Source of the DNA: Anthoceros angustus
Taxonomy: Eukaryota; Plantae; Anthocerotophyta
DNA: 64,000 nucleotides
Assembly (NCBI GenBank): GCA_010909165.1
Contig: MU008164.1
Coordinates: forward strand, 558,001-622,000
Reading direction: 5' to 3'
The notes beneath the pieces are model-generated. The model had not been told where the DNA came from. It made no database searches and saw only the letters and a list, made by a program, of their open reading frames with translations. Both the position numbers and the translations under genes were made by a program. Positions 46,681-59,690 of the stretch are shown here, piece after piece (the stretch's first letter is position 1; every line of letters starts with the position of its first letter).

Positions 46681-49600
46681 GGGTGAGGAATAGAATAGTC
46701 TATCTCGCGATTTCTGAGCTCCAACGGCCTCGAGCTTTCCCTACTCACATAACGTCGATGGTTACAGTGTCACGACTCCCATATCCAATCCGGCACCTCC
46801 TGTGCTCAGCTTTGGGAGCTCGACTTGGAAGGAGAAGCACAATGACCCACTGCATATTCAAAGAAACAAGCTTCTCATCCAACAAGTGGCTTGAACATGT
46901 TGTTTAACCCGAGGACCTCACCGGACTCCTTGCACGAATGTCGTGAGCGAGCTCCTCTTACCTCGCCTAGTTTCCCACGCACAAGAGGGGAGTCCTAGGA
47001 AGTGGTGATGGGAGGACGGTTGCTTGGTGTGGTCACACCGAGAAGCGGTGGCGCTCAAGTCCGCTACGAGTCCGTAGTCCTATCTATTCAAATAGGTAGG
47101 ACTCAAGTCCTTGGTCTTTGGGGTTTGGGAAGAAAGCAGACTCAAGTCCTTGGTCTTGGGTTTGAATGATGTTCCTTGGTCCTTGGGAAAAGTAGCAAGT
47201 AGATAGAAGCCTATTCGAGTCCTTGGTCTTGAGGTTCGGAAGGATGTTCCTTGGTCCTTGGGAAAATGGTATGTAGATAGAAACCTAGTCCTTGGTCTTG
47301 GGTTTCGGAAGGATGTTCCTTGGTCCTTGGGAAAAGTAGCATGTAGATAGAAACCTATTTCGAGGGCCGAGGAAGGCAACTTCCTTGAACCATGGGAATT
47401 CCGTTTTCTAGATATTGCATGTAGGGCTATATATGCATGTTAGGTAGACTGCAGGGGTAAAATTGGCCGACTCATCAAGGGCGGTCGGGACATGTATACA
47501 ATCTCGCTACTCCATGGTGGAGTAGTGAGTTCAACCTAGGCCGTGGAGTATACCGGTTGAAAATTTTATAGCAACCTGCGAATCTAGGTAGGAATCCTAG
47601 TGTACTTCCTTTTGGATTGAGCCGCAATTCCAATGGAGATACACTAGGACAAGCTCTGATTAGCGAGCTACATATAAAGATTTGTAATACAATGATATGC
47701 GAGTTCTTGCATATTAGCAGACAAAGTCGCCTAATGAAATGGCCAATCCAGCGCCAAGTGGCGCCTCGCCTGAGCTAATTTCTAATAGACGCAATAGGTA
47801 TAGAGTTTCGATAGGCCTTCACTTGCGATAATCTACATAGTATGCAGTGCTGAAAAACCAATCTACTGAGGGATTTCAAGCATGGTTAGTCGTAACATCC
47901 GAAATGTAGAGGCATGTTGAAATGTTGAAATGTCACCGATCGAAGAGGTTGAAGGACCTGATGCGGTAAATGTCATTAGTGTAATGGCGCATTGAGGTGA
48001 TTCCACCGAAAAACACATAGGAGTATTTAGATCCTTAGCGCTAAGGTTGAAGGATCCTCGTGACCTTCCGAGTGAAGAGGAGCTCACACTTTGACTCCTC
48101 ACCTCACTTCCATCTTGATCTCACTTCGAGCTCAAACACAAGATCCCAAACGGAAGGTTAGTCAAGCTGGAGTATGTGCCTACACAAGAAAACCTCGGAT
48201 ATATTAACGAAAGCTCTTTCAAAAGAGCGCACGAGAAGCATGTTCGAGGTCCGGGGTTAGGAGAGTCGGAACTTTCCTATCTAACCCCAACTAGCCTACA
48301 TGCCCTGCTACCTAATCCCACTCAGTTGGGTCGGTCTCGGAGGACTCTTCCTTTGGATTCTCGAGTCGGAGGGACTGGAGGCCTTCGTAGCATCGAGTCC
48401 TCACCGCACATGTAATCTTCGGAGGAACAAGATCCTCCTCAATCCTCAAGATGATCCTGTCAAGACACAAAGCAATTAGATAGCTTTAGAGCGAGTGGGA
48501 GTAGGAGATGAAGCAAAACCCAGTCACTTCATGGCGACTTACAACATGACCGAGGCAAGTAACTCACTCGATCCGTTTCATGACCGACCGATGTGCATCG
48601 ATACAGATAGGAGAGCTGGCTGCACGGTGCCTAGGCTCACAATCTTCACATCCTTATCGGGGTTACCTCGAGGGAAATTCGAGGCCGTGAGGCCTCACCT
48701 CCCCTCCGTCATAGCCTCAGCCCACAGGTGAGGCCCCGAGCTCCCTCTTCTGTGGCGTAGGGCAGCGTGGGAGAAATTGTGGAAGCTAAGCGCGCAATGG
48801 AGGACCTCCCATGTCCTCCGCGATTATGGCCTCGCGCCTAGTCCTCGGCCAGCGTTGTGCGAGGCGCTCCGTTTCTTGGTCGGCTCAGCTTCCCGGCGGT
48901 GTCGGCGGGTCCCTTGCGGCAGCGGAGGAGGCGTTGTCCTAGCCGCCTTGCTTGCCGCAGCGCCTAGGGAGTCTCTTTTTGGCGGGGTTCGCATCCTTAG
49001 AGGAGGGCGACATCTCGACCAGTTACGCTCCACAACCCCTTCTCCAATTGCAGGCGTGAAGATGAAGAAGAGGAATATAACGCACGGTGAGGACTGGTTT
49101 CTCAGCACGCTCGAATATATACCGGCGAGGAGGCGTCGGTGAGCAATGCATCTGCAGCTTTCACCCGACTCCATCCTACAAGGATGGAGATGATCCGGTT
49201 GTTGGAGCATCACTTTCCAAAATGATCAACAAGTGGGAGTGAAGAGGTATACCCAAACACACCTCGTCCGATCACTCACCTCCTCCCGCTTCTCTCCGAC
49301 GGTCACCTCCTCCCACAAAAAGACAATTGGGCTTTAACGGACCGTGTTTTACAACACGTTGTAAAGCTCAATTGTAAAATGTTTGAGACGGCCGTGATCG
49401 GCCTCTCTCATGTTTTACAACATACTAACCTAATCTAATTTACAACACGATCCATTGCAAACCTCACCACATTGTAAGCGTTTAAGAGAGGCCAAGATAG
49501 GCCTCCCACAATTTACAACATAGTCTAATTTACAACACGCCCGTTGCAAAGCGCACTTGTATGTTGTAAAATGTATGACAAGGGGATCGCCTCGCGTTTA

Positions 49601-52600
49601 CACCAAATTCACGTAGTCTCATATACAAGGTCCATTGCAAAGCGATCTTGCACGTTGTATACGCCTCGGGCCCACAGGCCACAGGCTCCCTCTTTGCGGC
49701 CGGTGGCGTGGGGCACGCGTGGGAGAAATTGTGGAAGCTAAGCGCGCAATGGAGGACCTCCCATGTCCTCCGCGATTATGGCCTCGCGCCTAGTCCTCGG
49801 ACTGCCGCGTTGTGCGGGCGCTCCGTTTCTTGGTCGGCTCAGCTTCCCGGTGTCGGCCGGGTCCCTTGCAGCAGGAGGGCGTTGTCCTAGCCGCCTTGCT
49901 TGCTGCCGGCCTAGGGAGTCTCTTCGGTGGCGGGGTTCGCATCCTTAGAGGAGGACATCTCGACCAGTTACGCTCCACAACCCCTTCTCCAATTGCAGGC
50001 GTGAAGATGAAGAAGAGGAATATAACGCACTGGTGAGGACTGGTTTCTCAGCACGCTCGAATATATACAGCGAGGAGTCGGGGGCGTGGTGACGCAATGC
50101 ATCTGCAGCTTTCACCCGACTCCATCCTACAAGGAGGAGATGATCCGGTTGTTGGAGCATCACTTTCCAAAATGATCAACAAGTGGGAGTGAAGAGGTAT
50201 ACCCAAACACACCTCGTCCGATCATCACCTCCTCCCGGCTTCTCTCCGATCGGTCACCTCCTCCCGGCAGACAAAGCATTCAATTGGGCTTTGCAGCGGA
50301 CCGTGTTTTACAACACGGTCCGTTAAAGCAATATCTGTTAAAATGTTTGAGACGGCCAGATCAGCCTCTCTCATGTTTTACAACATTAACCTAATCTAAT
50401 TTACAACACGATCCATTGCAAACCTCACTGTACATTGTAAGCGTTTAAGAGAGGCCAAGATAGGCCTCCCACAATTTACAACATAGTCTAATTTACAACA
50501 CCGTTGCAAAGCGCACTTGTATGTTGTAAAATGTATGACAAGGCCGGGATCAGGCCTCTGCACGTTTTACACCAAATTCACAACGTAGTCTCATATACAA
50601 GGTCCATTGCAAAGCGATCTTGCACGTTGTATACGCCTCAGTCGGGCTTCCAGTGCCATTGACAAATTCACATTGTAAGCGTAGTGCCATTGACAAATTC
50701 ACAGGAGCCACCGGCGGCAGTCGTAGAGAGACACAAGCCACGGTTCCCCAAGCTGTACCACTTGCTTTCAGGCTCTCACATAAATCATAGCAAGAGTTAG
50801 GAAACGGCACAGGAAGCGGAGCTGGCCGCAACCAGCACTCCACAACACCCTCAGGCAAGAGAGATGCACCACCTTCAAGCAAGAGACATGCACCACCTTC
50901 AGGCAAGAGACATGCGTCCTCTTCATGTGTCATTTAGCTGTCAAACAACTTCCACCAAAAATTGGACACTGTAACTCAGAACGTGATTTCTTGATGCGAG
51001 AAGCCATATGAACTAGCATCCATGAATACACTAAGGAGTACCTGGAGCCATTAAACAGCTTGGGTATTCTACCGATCTCAGCTTCCATCAGGCCAGCCCT
51101 CTTCTCCTCGCTCTTTTTTGTCGCTATCCGGGACGCCCTGTTGATGTTCTGGGCTTTCCCCTGCGTTGCATCCATGTGAAATGTGAAAGAGATGTAGTGT
51201 GGCAATTATGCAGTGGATGTTGAAGCCATGAGAAAATGCGAGTGGACAACAAAGTTGCAAGCCCCATCGCTTGCAAGGCGAGAATGCTCAAGCATTGAAA
51301 AACTTGATGCGCATCTTCTACTTTACACTTTGCCTACATGTCCACCGGGCAAGTGCCCACAAGTGTGTTATCTAGCGTCCTCTCTCCACAATCTGTGAGT
51401 GCAGTGCACCCTTGTAAGGCACTTGCGTTTGCAGCCTTGAAGGCAAGCAAAGGTAACATGGTTGCCCACAATCGCCCTCCTTCTCCATTTGTCCATACGA
51501 ACAAGCGCCTCTTGGCCAAGCCATGATTTGCATACCCAACTATCGGGGCCGTCCATGTCACGACATCCTTTACGCCTAACCTATCGAAAACCGTGTTTGC
51601 CTCTTCCGATTCACCACGGTTTGCGTACATGTCCACGACAGTTGGCAATAAACAAGTTCGGTGGAATGTCAGTGCAACATATCATCGCACTTTTCGCTAG
51701 ATTCGTGTCCACGGAAATGCACAAGCTTGAAGGGCTGCTACAAAGATGTGGGCATCCGCCTTCACACCAGGCGACACATCGCATAGTAAAGTTGTATCGC
51801 CTCATTAGGCTCCCCATGTGTAGCATGTGCGGAGATTATTGAAAACCACATGAAGGGATTTGGTTTGCCCACCCTCCGTAGCCTACCTCCGGATACATAC
51901 ATCGCAAGATATGGTTCCCCAAGTATGTGATTGACTGCAAAGTTTGTGTGAGATCATGAGCGCGTCATCCCACAACCATGTCCTTCTTATCGCACAAAGT
52001 TTTAGCGACATATAAGATGGGTGAGGAATAGAATAGTCTATCTACGCCCGATTTCTGAGCTCCAACGGCCTCGAGCTTTCCTACTCACATAACGTCGATG
52101 GTTACGGTGTCACGACTCCCATATCCAATCGCACACCTCCTCGCTCTTTGGTTGTCGCTATCCGGGACGCCTGTTGATGTTCTACGGCTTTCCCCTGCGT
52201 TGCATCCATGTGAAATGTGAAAGAGATGTAGTGTGGCAATTATGCGGATGGATGTTGAAGCCATGAGAAAATGCGAGTGGACAACAAAGTTGCAACCGAC
52301 ATCGCGTTTGCAAGACGAGAATGCTCAAGCATTGAAAAACTTGATGCGCATCTTCTACTTCGCCACACTTTGCCTACATGTCCACCGCAAGTGCCCACAA
52401 GTGTGTTATCTAGCGTCCTCTCCACAATCAGTGAGTGCACCGCCTTTCCGTAAGGCACTTGCGTTTGCAGCCTTGAAGGCAAGCAAAGGTAACATGGTTG
52501 CCCACAATCGCCCTCCTTCTCCATTTGTCCATACAAGCGCCTCTTGGCCAAGCCATGATTTGCATACCCAACTATCGGGGCCCATGTCACGACATCCTTT

Positions 52601-55600
52601 CGCCTAACCTATCGAAAACCGTGTTTGCCTCTTCCGATTCACCACGGTATGCATATGTCCACCGCATTGGCAATAAACAAGTTCGGTGGAATGTCATGCA
52701 ACATATCATGCCGCACTTTTCTCGCTAGATTCGTGTCCACAAGAAATGCACAAGCTTGAAGGGCTGCTACAAAGATGTGGGCATCCGCCTTCACACCAGG
52801 CGACACATCGCATAGTAAAGTTGTATCGCCTCATTAGGCTCCCCATGTGTAGCATGCGAGATTATTGAAAACCACATGAAGGGATTTGGTTTGCCCACCC
52901 TCCGTAGCCTACCTCCGGATACATACATCCGCAAGATATGGTTCCCCAAGTATGTGATTGACTGCACCCAAGTTTGATGTGAGATCATGAACGCGCCATC
53001 CCACAACCATGTCCTTCTTATCGCACAAAGTTTTAGCACATATAAGATGGGTGAGGAATAGAATAGTCTATCTACGCTAGATTTTACAGAGCTCCAACGG
53101 CCTCAGTAAGCTTTCCCTACTCACATAACGTGCTGATGGTTACAGGTGTCACGACTCCCATATCCAATCCAGCACACCTCCCAGGCTCAGGCTTTGCCGG
53201 AGAGCTCGACTTGGAAGGAGAAGCACAATGACCCACCTGCATATTCAAAGAAACAAGCTTCTCATCCAACAAGCTGGCTTGAACATGTTGTTTAACCCGA
53301 GGACCTCACGGACTCCTTGCAGAATGTCGGTGAGCGAGGCTCCTCTTACCTCGCCTAGTTTCCCACGCACAAGAGGGGAGTCCTAGGAAGTGGTGATGGG
53401 AGGGCCAGTTACTTGGTGTGGTCACACCGAGAAGCGGTGGCCGCTCAAGTCCGCTACAGTCCGTAGTCCTATCTATTCAAATAGGTAGGACTCAAGTCCT
53501 TGGTCTTTGGGGTTTGGGAAGAACAGACTCAAGTCCTTGGTCTTGAGGTTTGAATGATGTTCCTTGGTCCTTGGGAAAAGTAGCAAGTAGATAGAAGCCT
53601 ATTTCGAGTCCTTGGTCTTGGTTCGGAAGGATGTTCCTTGGTCCTTGGGAAAATGGTATGTAGATAGAAACCTAGTCCTTGGTCTTGGGTTTCGGAAGGA
53701 TGTTCCTTGGTCCTTGGGAAAAGTAGCATGTAGATAGAAACCTATTTCGAGGGCCGAGGAAGGCAACTTCCTTGAACCATGGGAATTCCGTTTTCTAGAT
53801 ATTGCATGTAGGGCTATATATGCATGTTAGGTAGACTGCGGGGGTAAAATTGGCCGACTCATCAAGGGCTGGGAGGACGGTTTGGTGTGGTCACACCGAG
53901 AAGCGGTGGCCTCAAGTCCGCTACAGTCCGGTAGTCCTATCTATTCAAATAGGTAGGACTCAAGTCCTTGGTCTTTGGGGTTTGGGAACAGACTCAAGTC
54001 CTTGGTCTTGGGTTTGAATGATGTTCCTTGGTCCTTGGGAAAAGTAGCAAGTAGATAGAAGCCTATTTCGAGTCCTTGGTCTTGGTTCGGAAGGATGTTC
54101 CTTGGTCCTTGGGAAAATGGTATGTAGATAGAAACCTAGTCCTTGGTCTTGGGTTTCGGAAGGATGTTCCTTGGTCCTTGGGAAAAGTAGCATGTAGATA
54201 GAAACCTATTTCGAGGGCCGAGGAAGGCAACTTCCTTGAACCATGGGAATTCCGTTTTCTAGATATTGCATGTAGGGCTATATATGCATGTTAGGTAGAC
54301 TGCGGGGGTAAAATTGGCCGACTCATCAAGGGCTGGGAGGACGGTTTGGTGTGGTCACACCGAGAAGCGGTGGCCTCAAGTCCGCTACAGTCCGGTAGTC
54401 CTATCTATTCAAATAGGTAGGACTCAAGTCCTTGGTCTTTGGGGTTTGGGAACAGACTCAAGTCCTTGGTCTTGGGTTTGAATGATGTTCCTTGGTCCTT
54501 GGGAAAAGTAGCAAGTAGATAGAAGCCTATTTCGAGTCCTTGGTCTTGGTTCGGAAGGATGTTCCTTGGTCCTTGGGAAAATGGTATGTAGATAGAAACC
54601 TAGTCCTTGGTCTTGGGTTTGGAAGGATGTTCCTTGGTCCTTGGGAAAAGTAGCATGTAGATAGAAACCTATTTCGAGGGCCGAGGAAGGCAACTTCCTT
54701 GAACCATGGGAATTCCGTTTTCTAGATATTGCATGTAGGGCTATATATGCATGTTAGGTAGACTGAGGGGTAAAATTGGCCGACTCATCAAGGGCCTCGG
54801 GACATGTATACAATCTCGCTACTCCATGGCTGGAGTAGTGAGTTCAACCTAGGCCGGGAGTATACGGTTGAAAAATTTTATAGCAACTGCGAATCTAGGT
54901 AGGAATCCTAGTGTACTTCCTTTTGGATTGCGACCTTCGCAATTCAATGGAGATACACTAGGACAATCTACTGATTGGCGAGCTACATATAAAGATTTGT
55001 AATACAATGATATGCGAGTTCTTGCATATTAGCGGCACAAAGTCAGCCTAATGAAATGGCCAATCCGGGCGCAGATGGCGCCTCGCCTGAGCTAATTTCT
55101 AATAGACGCAATAGGTATAGAGTTTCGATAGGCCTTCACTTGCGATAATCTACATAGTATGCGAATTGCTGAAAAACCAATCTGAGGATTTCACGAAGCA
55201 TGGTTAGTCGTAACATCCGAAATGTAGAGGCATGTTGAAATGTTGAAATGTCACCGGATCTGGAAGAGGTTGAAGGACTGTATGCGACGAAATGTCATTA
55301 GTGTAATGGCGGCATTGAGGTGATTCCAGAAAAACACATAGGAGTATTTAGATCCTTAGTCGCTAAGGTTGAAGGATCCTCTGGTGACCTTCGAGTGAAG
55401 AGGAGCTCACACTTTGACTCCTCACCTCACTTCCGAATCTTGATCTCACTTCACGAGCTCAAACACGGCATCCCAAAGCGGAAGGTTAGTCAAGCAACGG
55501 AGTATGTGCCTACACAAGAAAACCCTGAGATATATTAACGAAAGCTCTTTCAAAAGAGCTGCACGAGAAGCATGTTCGAGGTCCAGGGTTAGGAGAGTGG

Positions 55601-57470
55601 AACTTTCCTATCTAACCCCAACTAGCCTACATGCCACTACCTAATCAGTTGCGGTCTGGAGGACTCTTCCTTTGGATTCTGAGTCGGAGGGACTGGAGGC
55701 CTTCGTAGCATCGAGTCCTCACGCACATGTAATCTTCGGAGGAACAGATCCTCCTCAATCCTCAAGACAGATCCTGCGGTCAAGACACAAAGCAATTAGA
55801 TAGCTTTAGGCGAGTGGGAGTAGGAGGCGAGATGAAGCAAAACCCAGTCACTTCATGGCGACTTACAACATGACCGAGGCAGTGTAACTCGCACTCGATC
55901 CGCTTCATGACCGGACGGTATGCTTGCATCGATACGAGATAGGAGCCTGGGTGTTGCACGGTGCCTAGGCTCACAATCTTCACATCCTTATCGGGGTTAC
56001 CTCGAGGGAAATTCGAGGCCGTGAGGGCCTCACCTCCCTCCGTCAGACATAGCCTCGGGCCCACAGGCTGAGGCCCCGAGCTCCCTCTTGCGCAGGGTGG
56101 CGTAGCAGCGTGGGAGAAATTGTGGAAGCTAAGCGCGCAATGGAGGACCTCCCATGTCCTCCCGATTATGGCCTCGCGCCTAGTCCTCGGCTGCCGCGTT
56201 GTGCGAGGGCGCTCCGTTTCTTGGTCGGCTCGAGCTTCCCGCGTGATGTCGGCCGGGTCCCTTGCAGCGCGGAGGAGGCGGTTGTCCTAGCCGCCTTGCT
56301 TGCAAAGCGGCCTAGGGAGTCTCTTCTGGTGGCGGGGTTCGCATCCTTAGAGGAGGCGACATCTCGACGATTCGCTCCACAACCCCTTCTCCAATTGCAG
56401 GCGTGAAGATGAAGAAGAGGAATATAACGCACTGGTGAGGACGGTTTCTCAGCACGCTCGAATATATACCGGCGAGGAGGCGGGGGCGTGTGAGCAATGC
56501 ATCTGCAGCTTTCACCCGACTCCATCCTACAAGGTGGAGATGATCCGTTGTTGGAGCATCACTTTCCAAAATGATCAACAAGTGGGAGTGAAGAGGTATA
56601 CCCAAACACACCTCTGTCCGATCGGTCACCTCCTCCCGCTTCTCTCCGACGGTCACCTCCTCCCGGCAAGACAAAGCATTCAATTGGGCTTTGCAATGGA
56701 CCGTGTTTTACAACACGGTCCGTTTGCCAATTGTACTGTAAAATGTTTGAGACGGCCGGATCAGCCTCTCTCATGTTTTACAACACGCATAACCTAATCT
56801 AATTTACAACACGATCCATTGCAAACCTCACATACATTGTAAAGCGTTTAAGAGAGGCCAAGATAGGCCTCCCACAATTTACAACATAGTCTAATTTACA
56901 ACACAGCCCGTTGCAAAGCGCACTTGTATGTTGTAAAATGTATGACAAGGCCGGATCAGCCTCGCGTTTACACCAAATTCACAACGTAGTCTCATATACA
57001 AGGTCCATTGCAAAGCGATCTTGCGTTGTATCGCCTCGATCGGGCTTCGTGCCATTGACAAATTCACATTGGCGTAGTGCCATTGACAAATTCACGAGCC
57101 ACCGGCGGCTCAGAGACACAAGCCACGGTTCCCCAGTGCCCACACAGCTCTCACATAAATCATAGCAAGAGTTAGGAAGCACGCAGCGGGTGGCCGCAGC
57201 GACTCCACAACACCCTCGGGCAAGAGATGCACCACCTTCAAGCAAGAGACATGCACCACCTTGCAAGAGACATGCGCCTCTTCATGTGTCATTTAGTCAA
57301 ACAACTTCCACCAAAATTGGACATGTAATCAGGTGATTTCTTGATGCGAGAAGCCATATGAACTAGCATCCATGAATACACTAAGGAGTACACGGAGCCA
57401 TTAAGCGCTTGGGTATTCTACCGATCTCATCGTGTCTTCTCCTCGCTCTTTTGGTTCGCTATCGGGGACC
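45961..57470. repeat. Complex tandem amplification of a ~4.5-5-kb PPR-fragment/TE unit
   Basis: Unit starts CAAGCATTGAAAA at 45961, 51289 and 52326. Nested sub-duplications: ~48716-49630 repeated at ~49630-50640; ~51107-52140 repeated at 52141-53170; 464-bp triplication at ~53398-54795. Confidence 0.85.
47095..47360. repeat. GTCCTTGGTC(T/C)TTGGG sub-repeat array (three more copies in 53470-54700)
   Basis: Hierarchical repeats of TCCTTGGTC within ~63-bp units. Confidence 0.85.
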
Positions 57471-58070
57471 TTCTCCATCTTGTTCTGCATCCGCTAAACC
57501 ATATTTTGCATGTCCTCTTCATGGGTCGTTCAAATCAAAACTTGGCGAGCATTTTCGTTCACCAAAATTTTGCATACATGTCCACGGTAGGTGCCCACCA
57601 CTACATTCTCAGCGGGCGAGCCCTTGCTGCCCATAAGGGCATTCCATGTCACCATCCCCACGACAAAGCAAGCAAGACTACAAGAAAGGTTAGGAATCAC
57701 CACTAGTTGTCCATCATAGTGAAGACTAAACCGAGGTTCTTTGAAATCAAGGCAGTCATCCCCACTTGCCAATTAAGGCGATCCATGTAACGTAGGGGTC
57801 GTCGTTCAATATCCATCATAGCATATGATGGATGAGAACCGAAGACGAAGAGATTCTTGGCACGGAAGCGATTATCCCCACTCGCCAAGACCACATCCAT
57901 GGTGCTCCCATTCCTCCTCCATAAGATGATCCGGTGGCGTAGGGCGCGTCGTTCTGCTCTCCGAGTGTCCAAAATTTGTCACTTATTCTCCAAAACGGAA
58001 GGAGGATTCGCACACTCTCAGTACTTAGCGCCAATTTGAGTAGGGGACAACTTCCCTACATCGGCGGGGA

Positions 58071-58432
58071 ACCCCAAGCCGAGATGGCGCCACTTGTTCG
58101 CATGGCGGCAACGGAGACTTGTATCACAACCATCTTGTGAAGCAAGCGACGGGCTATGTCCTCACCTTGTTTACTATGTGTCCTCAACAATGGTGAAAGG
58201 CTCAGCACGGTTTTCCACAGACAAGCCAAAGGCGGCCCGAGTACCGGTGCACCCCAAGCCGAGATGGCGCCACTTGTTCGCATGGCAAAACGGGAGACTT
58301 GTATCACAACCATCTTGTGAAGCAAGCGACGGGGCTATGTCCTCACCTTGTTTACTATGTGTCCTCAACAATGGTCCGAAGGCACCTGCTTTTCCATGGG
58401 ACAAGCCAAAGGCGGCCCGAGTACACACCGGC
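58071..58432. repeat. 180-bp tandem duplication
   Basis: ACCCCAAGCCGAGATGGCGCCACTTGTTCGCATGGC at 58071 and 58251. Confidence 0.9.
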
Positions 58433-59079
58433 TCGCCACAAGAAGCCGTGAAAGGTGGAACCCATACAAAACGGCTCCCGCTTGAGTGCGCATCGAACAA
58501 AGGCGGGGTATCCGCAGAAATCATCAACGTCGTCTTCTTTACTCTTTCCGGGACTCGCCGAGGCAAACGGCCAAGATCGGATACCACACTCAAAGAAAGA
58601 GATTGATTTGTGGCCCAATTCTAGTGCGGTCATCACGCTTGCAAGAAGCAAGAGGTCGATCGAATTGGCGCAGCAACTCGTCATCGCAACAATCGGGCAT
58701 GTTGGGCGTCGTAAACCCTTAAACCACGAACCCGTTGCCTCCCAACGGAACCCCAACAAGTCCAACGGTGGATGTGCAATTTGAAGAAGGGCGCGTGCGG
58801 TGGCAAGAAACCTACGCACTAACTATCTCGGATGTCGGTACCCATGTCGCATTAATATGCATCGAGTTCAATCCGTTGCCTTGGATGCATTCGATGAAAG
58901 CGATGCTACAGGAGGCGCTGAGGTCGTGGTGACCGGGCGGGCGATCGGTATACGTGAAATGGACCATGGTATCACGCTGCAACATTGATGATTTCCGACA
59001 TGCAAGGATCCCGAGAGTGAACCCCAACCAACGGTGACCTAGCATGTTTTAAGAAAAACTAAAAATATTTTTGAACACC

Positions 59080-59690
59080 AACCTATATCAACTATCTATC
59101 TATCCTCCCATCGCTCTCCCTCTTTACCTCTTTCGCATTGTACCCTTCCTTGCCCCGCATAACATGTCTATTACTCCAACTCTACTATGTAACTCATTGG
59201 TCATCATCCGCTCATACTATCGTCATCTTCATCATCCTCACTCATGCTATCCCAGAAGCCTCACGTTGTACTATCGTCTTCCACTAGAAGCCTCACATGC
59301 GCGTCTTCCACGTCGTTTGTACTCACCATAATTATAATTAAATAAGTGAAATATTTAAGACTTGGGATACTTTTTATACTTATAAGAAAAGCTTTAAAAT
59401 ATTTTTCAACCTATCAATTACCTATCTATCCTCCCACCCTCTCCACTCCTTATCCTCTATCGTCTCCACTCCTTATCCCTCTATCATCTCCCTTCCCCGC
59501 CTTCTCCTTTCCACATAACAAGTCTATTACTCCAACTCTACTATGTAACTCATTGGTCATTATACTCACGCTATCATTGTCTTCATCATCCTCACCTATG
59601 ATATCCGCATCCTCATCATCTTGACTCATGTTATCCTCGTCTTGAGCCTCACCTTGTACTATCGTCTTCCACGCTTGTACCCACCACAAT
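59080..59690. repeat. Diverged ~330-bp tandem duplication at the 3' end of the second transposase
   Basis: CTATCTATCCTCCCA...TCTATTACTCCAACTCTACTATGTAACTCATTGGTCAT...TTGTACTATCGTCTTCCAC occurs twice. Confidence 0.75.

Noticed and set aside
57676-57710. GACTACAAGAAA and CACTAGT as the terminus of the second CACTA
   Set aside because: The first reads as a PPR motif (TFLVVLLA) on the minus strand; no subterminal repeats and no checkable TSD.
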